From positions 1 to 64,000 of IMG/VR virus record IMGVR_UViG_3300022907_000005: DNA of 64,000 nt. The stretch is one strand, 5' to 3'. The notes below the pieces were generated by a model. The model had not been told where the DNA came from and did no database searches. It was given only the letters and a program-made list of their open reading frames with translations. Each line of letters begins with the position of its first letter. The first letter of the stretch is position 1. This DNA is from a virus. Both the position numbers and the translations under genes were made by a program. Shown here piece after piece: positions 37,057 through 47,895 of the stretch.

Positions 37057-38211
37057 TTACTTTTTGACTGCTTTGCTAATAGACTGCGTGTATATAGCCA
37101 TTGCATTGTTTTCGGTAATGAATTCTTCTTCTACCGTATCTTGCATTTTGTCTTCGGTTGTAGCCTTAACCTTAGGGAAATAATTCTCTTTGATTACAGA
37201 TACTTTCTCAGCAAACATGTCTTCAGTATCAAACTCAACGTTCTCAACCAATTTAGCAAGTTTTTCGGCTTCTGTTACGGTCAGATCAGTAGACGCTTCA
37301 GTTAGTGCCTGTTGACGTTGAAGTGCTACTTTTTCAGAAACCATTGCAATTTTCTCTGCAACGTTCTCGTCCAACTTAGTCTTCAGTTCATCAATTTGAG
37401 TCTGCATTTCACCTAGTACGTCATACTTCTCAGCAGGTACTTCGATGTAATGATCTTCAAACAAGCCCTTCATGCCTTTGATAAAGTCTTCAGTAATTTC
37501 TGTCCTGAGTCCTCGCTCAATTGCAAGTTCGTTTTCCTTCATCCAATTTTCAGCAACATATGAAAGATACGCATCGATCTTCTCGACCATATCAGTACGG
37601 AACTCTTCTTCCGCTAATTTTGCTTCTTCTCGAATGTCAGATTCAATAGCGTCAATTTCTGATGCTACTCTAGCAGTTAGTACTGCTTCAAAGATAGATG
37701 CAGCTTTTACTTTGAAGTCTTCGCTTAGATGTTCTTCGTCAGCAAATAGTGAAGCGATATCATGCTCTACTAGTTCACTTTCGTCTTCAGCGGAAATTTC
37801 TTCTACTTCATCTTCAGCGATAACTTCCTGATCTTCTTCAACTTCTACTTCTTCCTCTTCGCGGACGCCAGCAGATGTTGGGTTGTTTACAACAGACGCA
37901 GAGTCTGTGCCACTGTCATAGTTTGGAGCTTGTCCAGCGCCGTTACCTTTAGGCAGTGTTGTGTCTTTGGATGCTTTTGCAGATGCAGCTTTTCCAACAG
38001 GTGAAGTTAATCCACCTTTGTCATCTGATCCTGATAAGTCTTCCTGTTCTGGATTAGCATTTGAGTCACCCTGTGTAGGGATAGTCTTGTCACCAACATC
38101 TTTCGAGTTTGGTAAACCAGCCTTTTCCTCAATGCTTTGAGCTTCTTCAACAAGGGTGTCTACTTCACCGACCTTGCCAAGGAGCTCTCTGATTTTGGAT
38201 TCAACAGCCAT
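37057..38211 (-). CDS. 22: prohead core scaffold gp22
   Basis: LSEDFKVKAASIFEA, YLSYVAENWMKEN, KENYF; TATAAATA at 38243-38250. Confidence 0.93.
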   Translation of the reverse strand: MAVESKIRELLGKVGEVDTLVEEAQSIEEKAGLPNSKDVGDKTIPTQGDSNANPEQEDLSGSDDKGGLTSPVGKAASAKASKDTTLPKGNGAGQAPNYDSGTDSASVVNNPTSAGVREEEEVEVEEDQEVIAEDEVEEISAEDESELVEHDIASLFADEEHLSEDFKVKAASIFEAVLTARVASEIDAIESDIREEAKLAEEEFRTDMVEKIDAYLSYVAENWMKENELAIERGLRTEITEDFIKGMKGLFEDHYIEVPAEKYDVLGEMQTQIDELKTKLDENVAEKIAMVSEKVALQRQQALTEASTDLTVTEAEKLAKLVENVEFDTEDMFAEKVSVIKENYFPKVKATTEDKMQDTVEEEFITENNAMAIYTQSISKAVKK

Positions 38212-38255
38212 TTAATGTCTCCTTAAAGTTTGTTAACTTGTTTATTTATATAAAT

Positions 38256-38912
38256 TTAAATTTTGGATAACTTGTTCAAGAATGAGCTAAACACCTGAAT
38301 CTTCGCTTCTTCTAGTTCACGGCTAGATGCTTTGCGAATTGTTTGTTGTGCCTGTTCCATATCCCTTGCAGTCCAGATACCGTCAACCATTACCCATTCT
38401 CTATTTTCCATAATACCTTCAACATATGCATCTGGTGCAGAAGGATCTGCTACGATGTCAGCGGCTGTTGCCAGCATAAAATCGTTTTGGACTTCATTGA
38501 TTCCATTCTTTTCTTTAATGGATCCAAGCCCTCTTGAACTGACGCCTAACTGAGCGCCTGCTTCAATTAAATTAGCTGCGATTTTTCCCATTGGAGTGTC
38601 TAAAATCTTAGCTTTACCTATCCAGTTATCGCCGTCTTCTTTCAATGATACGATCATGTGTGACACGCGATCAAGATTAAGTGACGGTCCTTCTGGGTGA
38701 CCAAGTTCGCCTAATGCTCTCTTCTTGTCAATACTTTCGGCGGTGTATCGTGCGACTTCATTTCGCATAACTTCTTTAGGGTATACTCTGCCGTTACGAT
38801 TTTTTAAATTTGATTGTAGGAAAACGCCCTCGATGAAAAGATTCTTCTTTCCATCTTTGCTTTCTTCTAAAAAGTATTGAACGTCTTCATTTAATTCTTT
38901 GATTAATCTCAT
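38256..38912 (-). CDS. 21: prohead protease gp21
   Basis: NRNGRVYP, ALGELGHP, GVSSRGLGS, DIVADPSAPDA. Confidence 0.97.
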   Translation of the reverse strand: MRLIKELNEDVQYFLEESKDGKKNLFIEGVFLQSNLKNRNGRVYPKEVMRNEVARYTAESIDKKRALGELGHPEGPSLNLDRVSHMIVSLKEDGDNWIGKAKILDTPMGKIAANLIEAGAQLGVSSRGLGSIKEKNGINEVQNDFMLATAADIVADPSAPDAYVEGIMENREWVMVDGIWTARDMEQAQQTIRKASSRELEEAKIQVFSSFLNKLSKI

Positions 38913-39307
38913 TAGCCTAGATCTCCATCAGCGCCTTGGTGTTGTTGTGAGCCGTAACCTGCAATCTTTGCTGCCTGTACAATTACTGTACCACCAGCGC
39001 CAGTGACACTAACGACAATATCAGACTCGTTCTCTCTGTTATCAGAGAAGCCGAAAAATTCTAATTTTCCTGACATGTGTAAAGTATGCAGCAAGACACT
39101 GTTTCTTGTGATAGTAGCAGTCGCACCATCACCGAGTGTCCAATAAATGGCACTAATATCTACAACCGGGGTACCTACAGTTTCTGTTGATTTTTTAAGT
39201 TCATTATTCAAACGAATTGTCTGAGCAGCAGGTGTACTGCCATCTTCAGAGACAACAGTAACACCTTGAACCTGTGTTAATTTAAGATTTGCTTGAGTAG
39301 ATGCCAT
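38912..39307 (-). CDS. hypothetical head-region protein
   Basis: 131 aa between portal-region ORFs and gene 21. Confidence 0.75.
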   Translation of the reverse strand: MASTQANLKLTQVQGVTVVSEDGSTPAAQTIRLNNELKKSTETVGTPVVDISAIYWTLGDGATATITRNSVLLHTLHMSGKLEFFGFSDNRENESDIVVSVTGAGGTVIVQAAKIAGYGSQQHQGADGDLG

Positions 39308-39320
39308 TTAGTTTTATCCC

Positions 39321-39758
39321 CTACTTCTTTTTCTTGTGATTCATATGGGAACCTTCTTCTAGCACTTCCATGCTATAAGTCTCACACGTTTCGATTCCAT
39401 GTTCAAACATAACTTTATACCACCAGACGGTGCCATTTGCATCTGGTTCAGCATGCTCACCCATGATCGGCTTACCTTCACCAAACTTAGGATGCACTAC
39501 TTTAGTTGCGCAATTGTGTGTCAACTTAGGATCTTCAGAGTCACCCTGCTTTGGAGGTGTAGTATCACCTTCAGTGCTAGGCGCTTGGGGGTGCGCGGCA
39601 GTTGGCTTTTCTTTAGAAGTTTTAGCAACTGGCATCGCTTCTTCTGCTGCCATCTTTGCTAGTTGCTTTTGCTTTCTAGCGGCTCGACGTTCTGCTTTTG
39701 CGCGAATATCTCCCGCATCGTCTGCGGCAGATTCTCTAAACTCGTTAAATTTTTTCAT
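39321..39758 (-). CDS. hypothetical prohead-region protein
   Basis: MKKFNEFRE N-terminus; C-terminal HNCATKVVH ... VMFEHGIE domain. Confidence 0.75.
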   Translation of the reverse strand: MKKFNEFRESAADDAGDIRAKAERRAARKQKQLAKMAAEEAMPVAKTSKEKPTAAHPQAPSTEGDTTPPKQGDSEDPKLTHNCATKVVHPKFGEGKPIMGEHAEPDANGTVWWYKVMFEHGIETCETYSMEVLEEGSHMNHKKKK

Positions 39759-40077
39759 CTGATCCTTGACCCTGTTGGGGTTCCTCCGATTCTGTTTCCG
39801 GTAGTTCATCGTCCTCCACCTCTACTTGAGTTTCATCGTTATCCATCTCTGCATATTCAACGTCGGTTTCAATCGCATCGTTGTATATAGCAGCGGCTAT
39901 ATCTGCTTTTTTATCAGCAACTAAATCGTCAGCGCGTACATTCATGATCCCATTAAAAGAATCTTGTGCGTCTGTCAGTTCTCCGTTAGCCCACTTGTCC
40001 ATCATATCTCTGATGGCATCCTGTCTAGCATCTTCTGGGCTAACTTCTAATTCGATTTCTGTTTCAACTTCACTCAT
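39745..40077 (-). CDS. acidic prohead core protein (gp67-like position)
   Basis: Very acidic, directly after portal. Confidence 0.65.
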   Translation of the reverse strand: MSEVETEIELEVSPEDARQDAIRDMMDKWANGELTDAQDSFNGIMNVRADDLVADKKADIAAAIYNDAIETDVEYAEMDNDETQVEVEDDELPETESEEPQQGQGSDEKI

Positions 40078-41575
40078 TATTATCACCTTCTGGTTTTGGT
40101 TCGCTTGCAATCTGAGAATTAATCTCTGTTATTTCTTCATCACTGAGCATAAGAATTTTCTTCTGAACATACTCTCGACTGAAGAATTGTCCTACGAATG
40201 GCGCAACACCATTCAATACTTCTGTTCTACTTCTAAGAATTTCCTGATCTTTCGATTCAGTGTAGTAGGCATCTGAGGCAAACTTATATATGATTGTCTC
40301 TCTAATATCAGCCCATTCATCTTCTTTGATGACCCCTTTTAATACTAACTGAGTCTTTAACAAGTCATCAAAAAGTACACTGAACCTACGTCTTAGCTTA
40401 GAAATAAATTTAACAAACTTCAATTCATCTCTATTTATCTCGGCGCTACGACCGAAATTTAAACCTGCTTGCTGTTCTAAACGAGAGACAGGCACGTTCA
40501 AAGATTGGTATAACTTTCTTTGGAAGTACTCTATGTCGCCTGTCTCACCTAGATTTGAACCTCCAGGTAATGTCTGAATCTCTGTGCCTCTGCCACCCTC
40601 TCTTCGTGGTAACCAGAAGTCTTCAAGCATAGACATGAATTTCTTATCATCGCGGATCTCGCCAGTAGAGGCATCGTATACTAATTTGTTACGATAGCGA
40701 TCCATAATATCTTTTAAGTATTGCTCTGCTTTCATTCTAGGCAGATTGCCTGTATCTACATAAAAGATTCTTCGTTCTGGTGCGCGAGTGATACGATAGA
40801 TCACCGCAGCGTTTTCCATCATTCTTAACTGATTCGCTGGACGAATCGCTTTATGTAAGAATGACAAAGGAATATTTTTATCTTGATCTACTAGTCCTGA
40901 TGGGCAGTATGCAATTGCATCTTTAGTAATACGCAACGCTTTGCTATCATGCAATGCATTATTTGACTGTATTTGCCCAGGCTTACTAGCAATTCCTTTA
41001 TCATCGTATACAAAATATTCTTTAATTTCTTTAATGAAATTGACGCCTGTATTCGGATCCTTTTCCTTTTTAACATCTCGTATTAAACGTATTTTTCTAG
41101 GGTCGATATATCTAATATCAGTAATGCCCTGCTTTGGCTTTTGCATGTCAATCACTTTGTGAAAGTAGATTAGACCGTCAATATACCAACGTCTAAAATA
41201 ATCTTGCGCTCTATTGTTAAAGTCAAACAATTTCAGCACTTCATTGAATTCATCGTGTATTGCTTTTTTTACAGCGGCAGAAACATTCACCGAATCAGTA
41301 TCAACTGAGACGGGTCTCTCATCATCTAGATTTGAAATAGTGTCGTTGACGATATCTTCAATAGCAGTATCTACATCTGCCATCATAGAGATGTCACGAT
41401 ATCTTTTTATCAATTGCTCTTGAGTGTTTGCAACACCGTCGATGTCCAAGTAAGTGCCATAGTGTCCGCCAGCATTGCGAACGGTATCTATAGCACCGTC
41501 TTCAGAAGGAGGCACAAACGACTTTTCAGACGCGAGTGCCTTTTTCCTGTTTATTTCAAACCCAAATATTTCCAT
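40070..41575 (-). CDS. 20: portal protein gp20
   Basis: FRRWYIDG, YRITRAPERRIFYVDTGNLP, EDFWLPRREGGRGTEI. Confidence 0.98.
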   Translation of the reverse strand: MEIFGFEINRKKALASEKSFVPPSEDGAIDTVRNAGGHYGTYLDIDGVANTQEQLIKRYRDISMMADVDTAIEDIVNDTISNLDDERPVSVDTDSVNVSAAVKKAIHDEFNEVLKLFDFNNRAQDYFRRWYIDGLIYFHKVIDMQKPKQGITDIRYIDPRKIRLIRDVKKEKDPNTGVNFIKEIKEYFVYDDKGIASKPGQIQSNNALHDSKALRITKDAIAYCPSGLVDQDKNIPLSFLHKAIRPANQLRMMENAAVIYRITRAPERRIFYVDTGNLPRMKAEQYLKDIMDRYRNKLVYDASTGEIRDDKKFMSMLEDFWLPRREGGRGTEIQTLPGGSNLGETGDIEYFQRKLYQSLNVPVSRLEQQAGLNFGRSAEINRDELKFVKFISKLRRRFSVLFDDLLKTQLVLKGVIKEDEWADIRETIIYKFASDAYYTESKDQEILRSRTEVLNGVAPFVGQFFSREYVQKKILMLSDEEITEINSQIASEPKPEGDNNE

Positions 41576-41602
41576 TATAATCTCCTAATCCACACTATGT
41601 AT

Positions 41603-42118
41603 TTATCTTACATCGTAGTGGGTGTATTGGAATGTCACTGTAAATTCTTCAAGGACGTCGTTCTGTGCATATTGCAATGCGATTTCAGACATGTTGATAG
41701 GGAAAGCATTGTTTAATGTGTAAGTGCCACCTGGCAATACGTCATTGTTTCTATCCAAATGCTTCACTACTATGTCTGCTTGATATTCACTTGGTGTAAG
41801 AACACCTGTGTTATCTTCACGACCGTTCATGCCGTTCATCCATTCTTCAAAGGGTTGACGTAAAGAAAATCCTGAATCGTTAACAATCGTAATTGTCCAC
41901 GGATCAAAAATTCTTTCGCCAGCTAGTTTGATCTCACGACCTCTGTACTGAATGATAGCTGGGTTTACGTTAGAAGCGGGCAATGCAGCACCCGTAACCA
42001 GAAGACTGTAAGACGGATCAACACCGCCTACATATCCTGGGAACGTTAAGTCCACTTCAAATTGATTGGGTCTCGCTCCACCAGCGCCCAATCTTGCTTT
42101 AAAATCTTCAATATTCAT
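41603..42118 (-). CDS. 19: tail tube protein gp19
   Basis: GGARPNQF, AGERIFDPWTITI, EEFTVTF. Confidence 0.95.
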   Translation of the reverse strand: MNIEDFKARLGAGGARPNQFEVDLTFPGYVGGVDPSYSLLVTGAALPASNVNPAIIQYRGREIKLAGERIFDPWTITIVNDSGFSLRQPFEEWMNGMNGREDNTGVLTPSEYQADIVVKHLDRNNDVLPGGTYTLNNAFPINMSEIALQYAQNDVLEEFTVTFQYTHYDVR

Positions 42119-42146
42119 TGAATTGTTCTCCTGTTGATTCTATTTA

Positions 42147-44054
42147 TTAGGCGCCTAACTCTTCAAAACTGATGCCTGTGCGTGTTGCAACAAACGTCAG
42201 AGTGATGAAGTTGATAGATTTAGCAGGCTTCAAGAAGATGTCTGCTCTGAATTGGTTTTGATCAATAACTTCAGCAGTGTTATTAGTTTCATCACACACT
42301 ACTCGGAAGTCATAGACACCTCTTCGACCTTGCACATCGCGCAAGAAAGGGCTAACCAATGAACGGAACTGGGCTCTTGTGAAACCATCGTTAAATTCAA
42401 ATAGTTGGAATTTAGCTGCTGTTGCAATTGCCTTTTCAACTGTAATAAACAATCTACGAACATTGATTCTGTTGAATGCGCTGTTCTTGTTAAGCAGCGT
42501 CTTGTCACCGAATAAGATGATACCTTGTCCTTGTGAACCAACTACTGGGTTGATGCCTGCTTTATAAAGCGTATCTCGGTCTGCTTTGCTTGGGCTATAC
42601 GCGAGTTTAACCGCATTCTTGATAGAACCACGTGATGCGCCTGCAGGAGAGAACCAAGGATCAGCCGTTGCGTCAGCCGTAACACATGCACCAGCAATAT
42701 CACCACTGCAAGGTACCCAACGATACTTGTCGTTATACTTGTCGTACATGTACTTCCAACCGCTGTCCATTGAAGCGTAAGAAGATCTTGTGTAGTTAGA
42801 CAATTCAGCAACAAGTGCTGTAGTTTCACTGCCTGCGTTGTTCACTACAGATGCTGACTGCGGTGATACAAACACCATGCAGTCTTTGCGTACTTCAGCA
42901 ACGTTATCAATGATAGCGTCTTGTACTATTGCACTGTGCCGACCGCCGATAAGAAGGTTTACGTCAACCAATTCATCGTTAGCAAAAAGATCGTATCCAG
43001 ATGTCAACTGACCGTCACTTGGTGCAGCATCTGCGCCTGCGCTTAGAGAATTATCTAAGTCGCTGTCACTTGAAAGCAAAGTAACAAATGCTGCGTTACC
43101 TACTGTAGATGTGTCCCAATCCGTGCCATTGCTTGGTTTCGTAACAGCCCAAATCCACTTAGAACGATTGTTGATTACATCTTTGTAGAAATTAGACTGA
43201 TTAGAATCATCTTTAGCGTCTGATGCTTTAGAGACGCCTGCGAATTTTTCTAGTACTGTTCCTGCACGACCTGTGATTGCGCCGTCTTCGTCGATAACAA
43301 TAACGTGTATCTCATCTAGTGATGTGCTGTTATTAGCAGCGTATGCAGATGTTCCTGGAGCACTATCAAACTGATTTGCGTAAGTCCAAGCTGTAACCAT
43401 TGTTGCTGTAGCCGCTGCACCGGTGCCGCCGCCGCCAGTAAATGTTATAGCAGGAGCACTTGTGTATCCTAAGCCAGCAAACGAAACGATTATCGAACCT
43501 ACTGTATCGCCGGCAAGTACCGCTGTAGCTGTAGCAGTAACACCGCCAGCTGGCGCGGCGTCCACTACCACATCAGGAACAGTTGTGTAGCCTGAACCAG
43601 CAGTATCAACTGCAATAGAAGCAATAGATCCACTACTGAATGTAGTAGAGTCTGCCATTGCTACTTTGAGACTGTTACCCAAAGAACCTGGGTACTTAGC
43701 TGCAAAGACACCTACAGTCTGGGCACCGAGTGCTTCAAAAGCATCTTCGTTTTTGACTAGCAACGCGCCGCCGTTTGCAGTTGCGTTAGCAGCAGCACCC
43801 ACTGTTCGTACTACTTTAAGAGCCGATCCATATGCAAGAAAACTTGCGGCTGTTAAAAAGTCTACATTTGCTGTTGTGTTTGGTTTACCGAATCTCTCTA
43901 CCAGTTGATTTTCACTTGCAACTGTGATGATCTCATCTGCAGGACCCCAATTGAAGTCGCCTACAAAACCACCGATAGTGGTTGCGACTGCGGGAACTAC
44001 GTTTGAGGCATCTTGTTCCTGTACGAGAACGCCAGGGGAAAGCTGAAAAGCCAT
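42147..44054 (-). CDS. 18: tail sheath protein gp18
   Basis: LSPGVLVQE, WGP, PWFSPAG, RINVRRLF, FEFND; TATAAATA at 44101-44108. Confidence 0.97.
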   Translation of the reverse strand: MAFQLSPGVLVQEQDASNVVPAVATTIGGFVGDFNWGPADEIITVASENQLVERFGKPNTTANVDFLTAASFLAYGSALKVVRTVGAAANATANGGALLVKNEDAFEALGAQTVGVFAAKYPGSLGNSLKVAMADSTTFSSGSIASIAVDTAGSGYTTVPDVVVDAAPAGGVTATATAVLAGDTVGSIIVSFAGLGYTSAPAITFTGGGGTGAAATATMVTAWTYANQFDSAPGTSAYAANNSTSLDEIHVIVIDEDGAITGRAGTVLEKFAGVSKASDAKDDSNQSNFYKDVINNRSKWIWAVTKPSNGTDWDTSTVGNAAFVTLLSSDSDLDNSLSAGADAAPSDGQLTSGYDLFANDELVDVNLLIGGRHSAIVQDAIIDNVAEVRKDCMVFVSPQSASVVNNAGSETTALVAELSNYTRSSYASMDSGWKYMYDKYNDKYRWVPCSGDIAGACVTADATADPWFSPAGASRGSIKNAVKLAYSPSKADRDTLYKAGINPVVGSQGQGIILFGDKTLLNKNSAFNRINVRRLFITVEKAIATAAKFQLFEFNDGFTRAQFRSLVSPFLRDVQGRRGVYDFRVVCDETNNTAEVIDQNQFRADIFLKPAKSINFITLTFVATRTGISFEELGA

Positions 44055-44103
44055 ATTATTCTCCTCGAATTAAGTTAGCGTTATATTATATTACTTTGTT
44101 TAT

Positions 44104-45753
44104 TTATAAATCTAGTAATTTAGGTTCTTCAAATAACCACAAATCTCCACCCATCACTTCCATTTCCTGCTGTTGTCCATCATCAATAATTCCAAAAGGT
44201 GTCAAATCGTTTTCAATTGCCCGCATTTCTGAATTATACAGACCTTCTCTAACATTAACATTTGTCAAGTCCGAGAAAAATGTGTTGGTTGTAACCCAGC
44301 CAAACAAGACCAAGCACATTGCTAAATCATCGTTGTAACCTTCGTCAGCCTGATAAGAACCACTTCGTTCAATAAACGTTGATAGCTCTGATATAATTTC
44401 TGGGTCAAATAAAAGAAGTTTTCGTTCTTCCATCAAACTTTTGAAACTAAAACACCCCTGTCTCTTCACTGCTTTAGATGTAGTTACACCTAATCGCGCT
44501 GCTTTACCGAAGCCAGGAGTTATGTATTGTCTGTTGTTCTCTGTGACTGTTGTGAATATATTCTCATATTCATTTTCCTGATGCAGAATAGTGAGAACCT
44601 GTTGCCCAATATCATTTGCTTCTACTAGAATAAATGCATCATTATAGTCTTTACCTACTTTCTCTATAATATTTGGATATAATAACGGAGAAATCTTGTT
44701 GTGTCGATATTTACCTACGACGGTGTATGGCATCTGTGTCACATCGACAACAACAAACGCAGAGTAGTCACCACCAACGCCTCTAGCAACGTCAGCGACT
44801 AGTATGTAATAGTTATTTGCTTTCGGCTCTTCGTAAATATCTAAGCCATCTTTAGAGTATATTGGCACTTTAGCACTAAGAGATCCTAGTGTTTTGCCGT
44901 TGATAAGTGTATTAGAGGATCCTAAAAATTCACACAATACCTCTTGGTTGAATTTCAATTCACCTAATAGCTGTAACTGTTGTTCTGCCCATGCATCATC
45001 TCTGCCAGGAATCTCACTGTAATGAATGAACATGTGCTCAAACCCGTTACGCTTCTCTACAGAATCGTTCCAAAACTTCCAGAAGTGATTATAACCTAAC
45101 GGCGTAGATGTCAAAAGAATCTTTGTCGTTTTACCAGCAGAAATCGTAGGATATACAGAAGTAAAAAATTGTTCTGCTACATTGTTAGGAATGATTGCAG
45201 CCTCGTCAATGTATAGCCAGTTTACAGATTTGCCTCGAATACCAGAAGCAGTTGTTGCCGCAGTGAATACTCTAGATCCGTTTTCTAAATCAACATCACC
45301 CTTGTTCCAAGTCTTTACGCCTTGTTGCATCCATATAGGCAAATTTTCATACATGATTTGATAACGAGCAAGTACTTCCATCGCCGCCTTACTTTTATTC
45401 GCCATGATAGCAACAGTCTTGCTGTCTTGAAATATAGTGTAATGAAGAATACACGCAGCCGCAGTTACTGTTTTACCTTGCTGCCTTCCTTCCATAAGAA
45501 TGCAGCGTCGATTGTCCATAATAAATTTGACTTTTTCTTTCTGACAATCGTACAATTTGAATGGCTGCAACCCTGTATCTAGCGTGACAATCATACAATA
45601 GGTTTCAATAAAATATATAGGGTCTCCCATACATTTTTGATATTCTATAATCTGCTCAGGCGTCCACTCATGATTATGCCCGATTGATTTTAGATTTGGA
45701 TTACCGTGGTAAGAAGTTGCTTCTTGATTAGTCAGTTGCGGAATCATGCTCAA
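44104..45753 (-). CDS. 17: terminase large subunit gp17
   Basis: RQQGKT, YIDEAA, STPLGYNHF, DVARGVGGDYS, NDDLAM. Confidence 0.97.
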   Translation of the reverse strand: MSMIPQLTNQEATSYHGNPNLKSIGHNHEWTPEQIIEYQKCMGDPIYFIETYCMIVTLDTGLQPFKLYDCQKEKVKFIMDNRRCILMEGRQQGKTVTAAACILHYTIFQDSKTVAIMANKSKAAMEVLARYQIMYENLPIWMQQGVKTWNKGDVDLENGSRVFTAATTASGIRGKSVNWLYIDEAAIIPNNVAEQFFTSVYPTISAGKTTKILLTSTPLGYNHFWKFWNDSVEKRNGFEHMFIHYSEIPGRDDAWAEQQLQLLGELKFNQEVLCEFLGSSNTLINGKTLGSLSAKVPIYSKDGLDIYEEPKANNYYILVADVARGVGGDYSAFVVVDVTQMPYTVVGKYRHNKISPLLYPNIIEKVGKDYNDAFILVEANDIGQQVLTILHQENEYENIFTTVTENNRQYITPGFGKAARLGVTTSKAVKRQGCFSFKSLMEERKLLLFDPEIISELSTFIERSGSYQADEGYNDDLAMCLVLFGWVTTNTFFSDLTNVNVREGLYNSEMRAIENDLTPFGIIDDGQQQEMEVMGGDLWLFEEPKLLDL

Positions 45754-46174
45754 TCACTTCTTTTTTTGCACTCAATGCTTTTAACAAGTCAGAGGTGCTA
45801 CCATTAAATAAAATGTTTGTTTGATTTTCTATTTTCGATGCTTGCTTAGGATCTGTGAGATCGATCTTCTGTTTCTTTTCTTGTATTTCCATAGCATCTT
45901 TTGCTTGATCAGACATCAACTTGATAGCTTGCACTGCAACCTCAAATGCTCTTGGGTTGTCGCTATTTTGCGCGACTTCTAATATACTTTGTACAGCAGA
46001 TTCACTGTAAGCCATTGCGCGTTTTAAACTACTCCTAGCTTCCTGAAAATCATGTTCTAGTTGTTCGTCTTTTTTACCAACAGGAACAATAGGCCTAGAA
46101 ATTTCTTCAGCCTCAGTCATTGTGCCAAAAGTTTTATCTAACGCATCAAATACTTTATTAGACATAGGTTTCAT
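45728..46174 (-). CDS. 16: terminase small subunit gp16
   Basis: SDNPRAFEV, FNGSTSDL; synteny; exact start uncertain. Confidence 0.9.
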   Translation of the reverse strand: MKPMSNKVFDALDKTFGTMTEAEEISRPIVPVGKKDEQLEHDFQEARSSLKRAMAYSESAVQSILEVAQNSDNPRAFEVAVQAIKLMSDQAKDAMEIQEKKQKIDLTDPKQASKIENQTNILFNGSTSDLLKALSAKKEVIEHDSATD

Positions 46175-47147
46175 CAAACTCCTCCAAGAATCGATATGCA
46201 TCATCTATTGTTTGTGACCCTGCATCTGGTCCCTCTATAGTAACTGTTGGCGCACTAACATATCCAGATCCAGCATCGTCAATAACAATGCTGCCTATCT
46301 TATCACCATCCATAACTGCGTGTGCCCTTGCGTTTCCTGTAAGAGTAACGTTAGGTTCTGTTGTATATTTTGTACCTGCATAAGTAAGCGTAATTGCGTT
46401 TACCGCATCACCTGAAATTGTAGCAGTAGCGGTTGCTCTTGCATCTTCTACACTATACGTCTGTCTGACAAATGCCCCCTGAAAGTCTGGGTTCTGATAT
46501 ATTGTAGAAATAGCCTCTCGTATAACACTTTGATTTGATACATAACCGTAAAAATTTAATTTCATGTTAAAATTCAAAGTCCAGATTATACTCTGTCGAT
46601 CTGCAAATGTTCCAGCAGTGTTATCTTCATACGAGATACCATCTAAGACAATCTTTATGTCTCGTTTTATATCCATTTCAGGCAAATCATTCAATGTGAT
46701 ATTAAAATCAGGATTGAAGTATGGTAAAATTTGTTCTAATATTTGAAGCCCGTCTTCTTGGTTCTTAGCAAAGATATACAATGCAAGATTCATATCATAT
46801 GGTGTTGATACGAATTGACGAGTGACATTCAATGCATCCGAGCTTATCGTCTTTCGATGTTTTTGTATCTGTGATATTTTTCTACTAGGATCATATTGCA
46901 GCCCTAGAATTTCAAATCCCATTCTAGGTAGAATAATTGCAACATCGCCTCTTGATTCTACTGTCGGTGTCTGCTCAATGCGAGTTAAGAATTTTTGTTT
47001 TGTAGAGTATGCTAAAGGCACTCTAAGATTCTGTACCGCTACATCCGATGTATTCTTTCTTTCAATATTAATACCATTGAAAATTGTGCCAAAAGCAATT
47101 ATTGCTTTGCGTACATGCTCATGGTAAAACTGCTTGCCTTTAAACAT
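46158..47147 (-). CDS. 15: tail sheath stabilizer gp15 with C-terminal extension
   Basis: FGTIFN, VPLAY, LPRMGFE, QILEQILPYFNP. Confidence 0.93.
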   Translation of the reverse strand: MFKGKQFYHEHVRKAIIAFGTIFNGINIERKNTSDVAVQNLRVPLAYSTKQKFLTRIEQTPTVESRGDVAIILPRMGFEILGLQYDPSRKISQIQKHRKTISSDALNVTRQFVSTPYDMNLALYIFAKNQEDGLQILEQILPYFNPDFNITLNDLPEMDIKRDIKIVLDGISYEDNTAGTFADRQSIIWTLNFNMKLNFYGYVSNQSVIREAISTIYQNPDFQGAFVRQTYSVEDARATATATISGDAVNAITLTYAGTKYTTEPNVTLTGNARAHAVMDGDKIGSIVIDDAGSGYVSAPTVTIEGPDAGSQTIDDAYRFLEEFDETYV

Positions 47148-47895
47148 CTAATTCACCAAATGGGTTTAATTCTGAGAAGTCTAAAATGTCACCTGCAGTT
47201 TCTTCATTGGTGAAATCTTGATTATCGCCTGCAACACCTGGTTTGACTGAGAAGTCTTCTTTGATTATAGCACCACCAGATTCAAGCAACAGTCTGTCAC
47301 CATCTTCTTTCTGCAATTCAAACAACCGCTGATCCAATGAATTGTCATCTTCAATCTGATCAATCGCGCCAATACCTGTAGTAATCTCCTCTGAACTATA
47401 TTCAAACAATTCAGCGGTTATTCTAAACGTGTAAATTTTACCTAGCTGATAGAAAGGATTCTGAAACTCTACAAACTTAATTTCAAACAGTGAACGAGTT
47501 TTGCCAAAGTAAAGTAGATCGCCTTCCATTGGTCTAGCGCCATCTTGCACAAAATCGCCACCAGTACTATTACTAACAACCAATTCATCCCATCTACGTC
47601 TCGCAAGAATGAAAGTTGCTTGGTCGCGAGTCTCCAATCCAAAGCGACTGAATAACTCACCATCGCCTTCGTAGCCAGCAACGTTTTCCATATACATTTC
47701 TAGTGGATATGCTTGTGTAAATTTAGATAGAGAATCTTCATCAAAGATTGTATCTCTATTTACAAAAGTTCTAGGCAAGTAATAGACATCGTGTCCGTAA
47801 ATCTTTAAGGATTCGATTACTAGGTCTTCTACAAGTAACTGCTCACTTGTGGTACCCGATGTGTCTCCACTTTGAAAATAGAAATTTGTTGGCAC
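47140..47895 (-). CDS. 14: neck protein gp14
   Basis: ESLKIYGHDVYYLPR, PMEGDLLYF, FYQLGK, FSELNPFG. Confidence 0.95.
   Translation of the reverse strand: MPTNFYFQSGDTSGTTSEQLLVEDLVIESLKIYGHDVYYLPRTFVNRDTIFDEDSLSKFTQAYPLEMYMENVAGYEGDGELFSRFGLETRDQATFILARRRWDELVVSNSTGGDFVQDGARPMEGDLLYFGKTRSLFEIKFVEFQNPFYQLGKIYTFRITAELFEYSSEEITTGIGAIDQIEDDNSLDQRLFELQKEDGDRLLLESGGAIIKEDFSVKPGVAGDNQDFTNEETAGDILDFSELNPFGELDV

Noticed and set aside
3601-45753. Inteins, introns or homing endonucleases in core genes
   Set aside because: Genes 41, uvsX, 43, 46, uvsW, 20 and 17 are uninterrupted and of ordinary length
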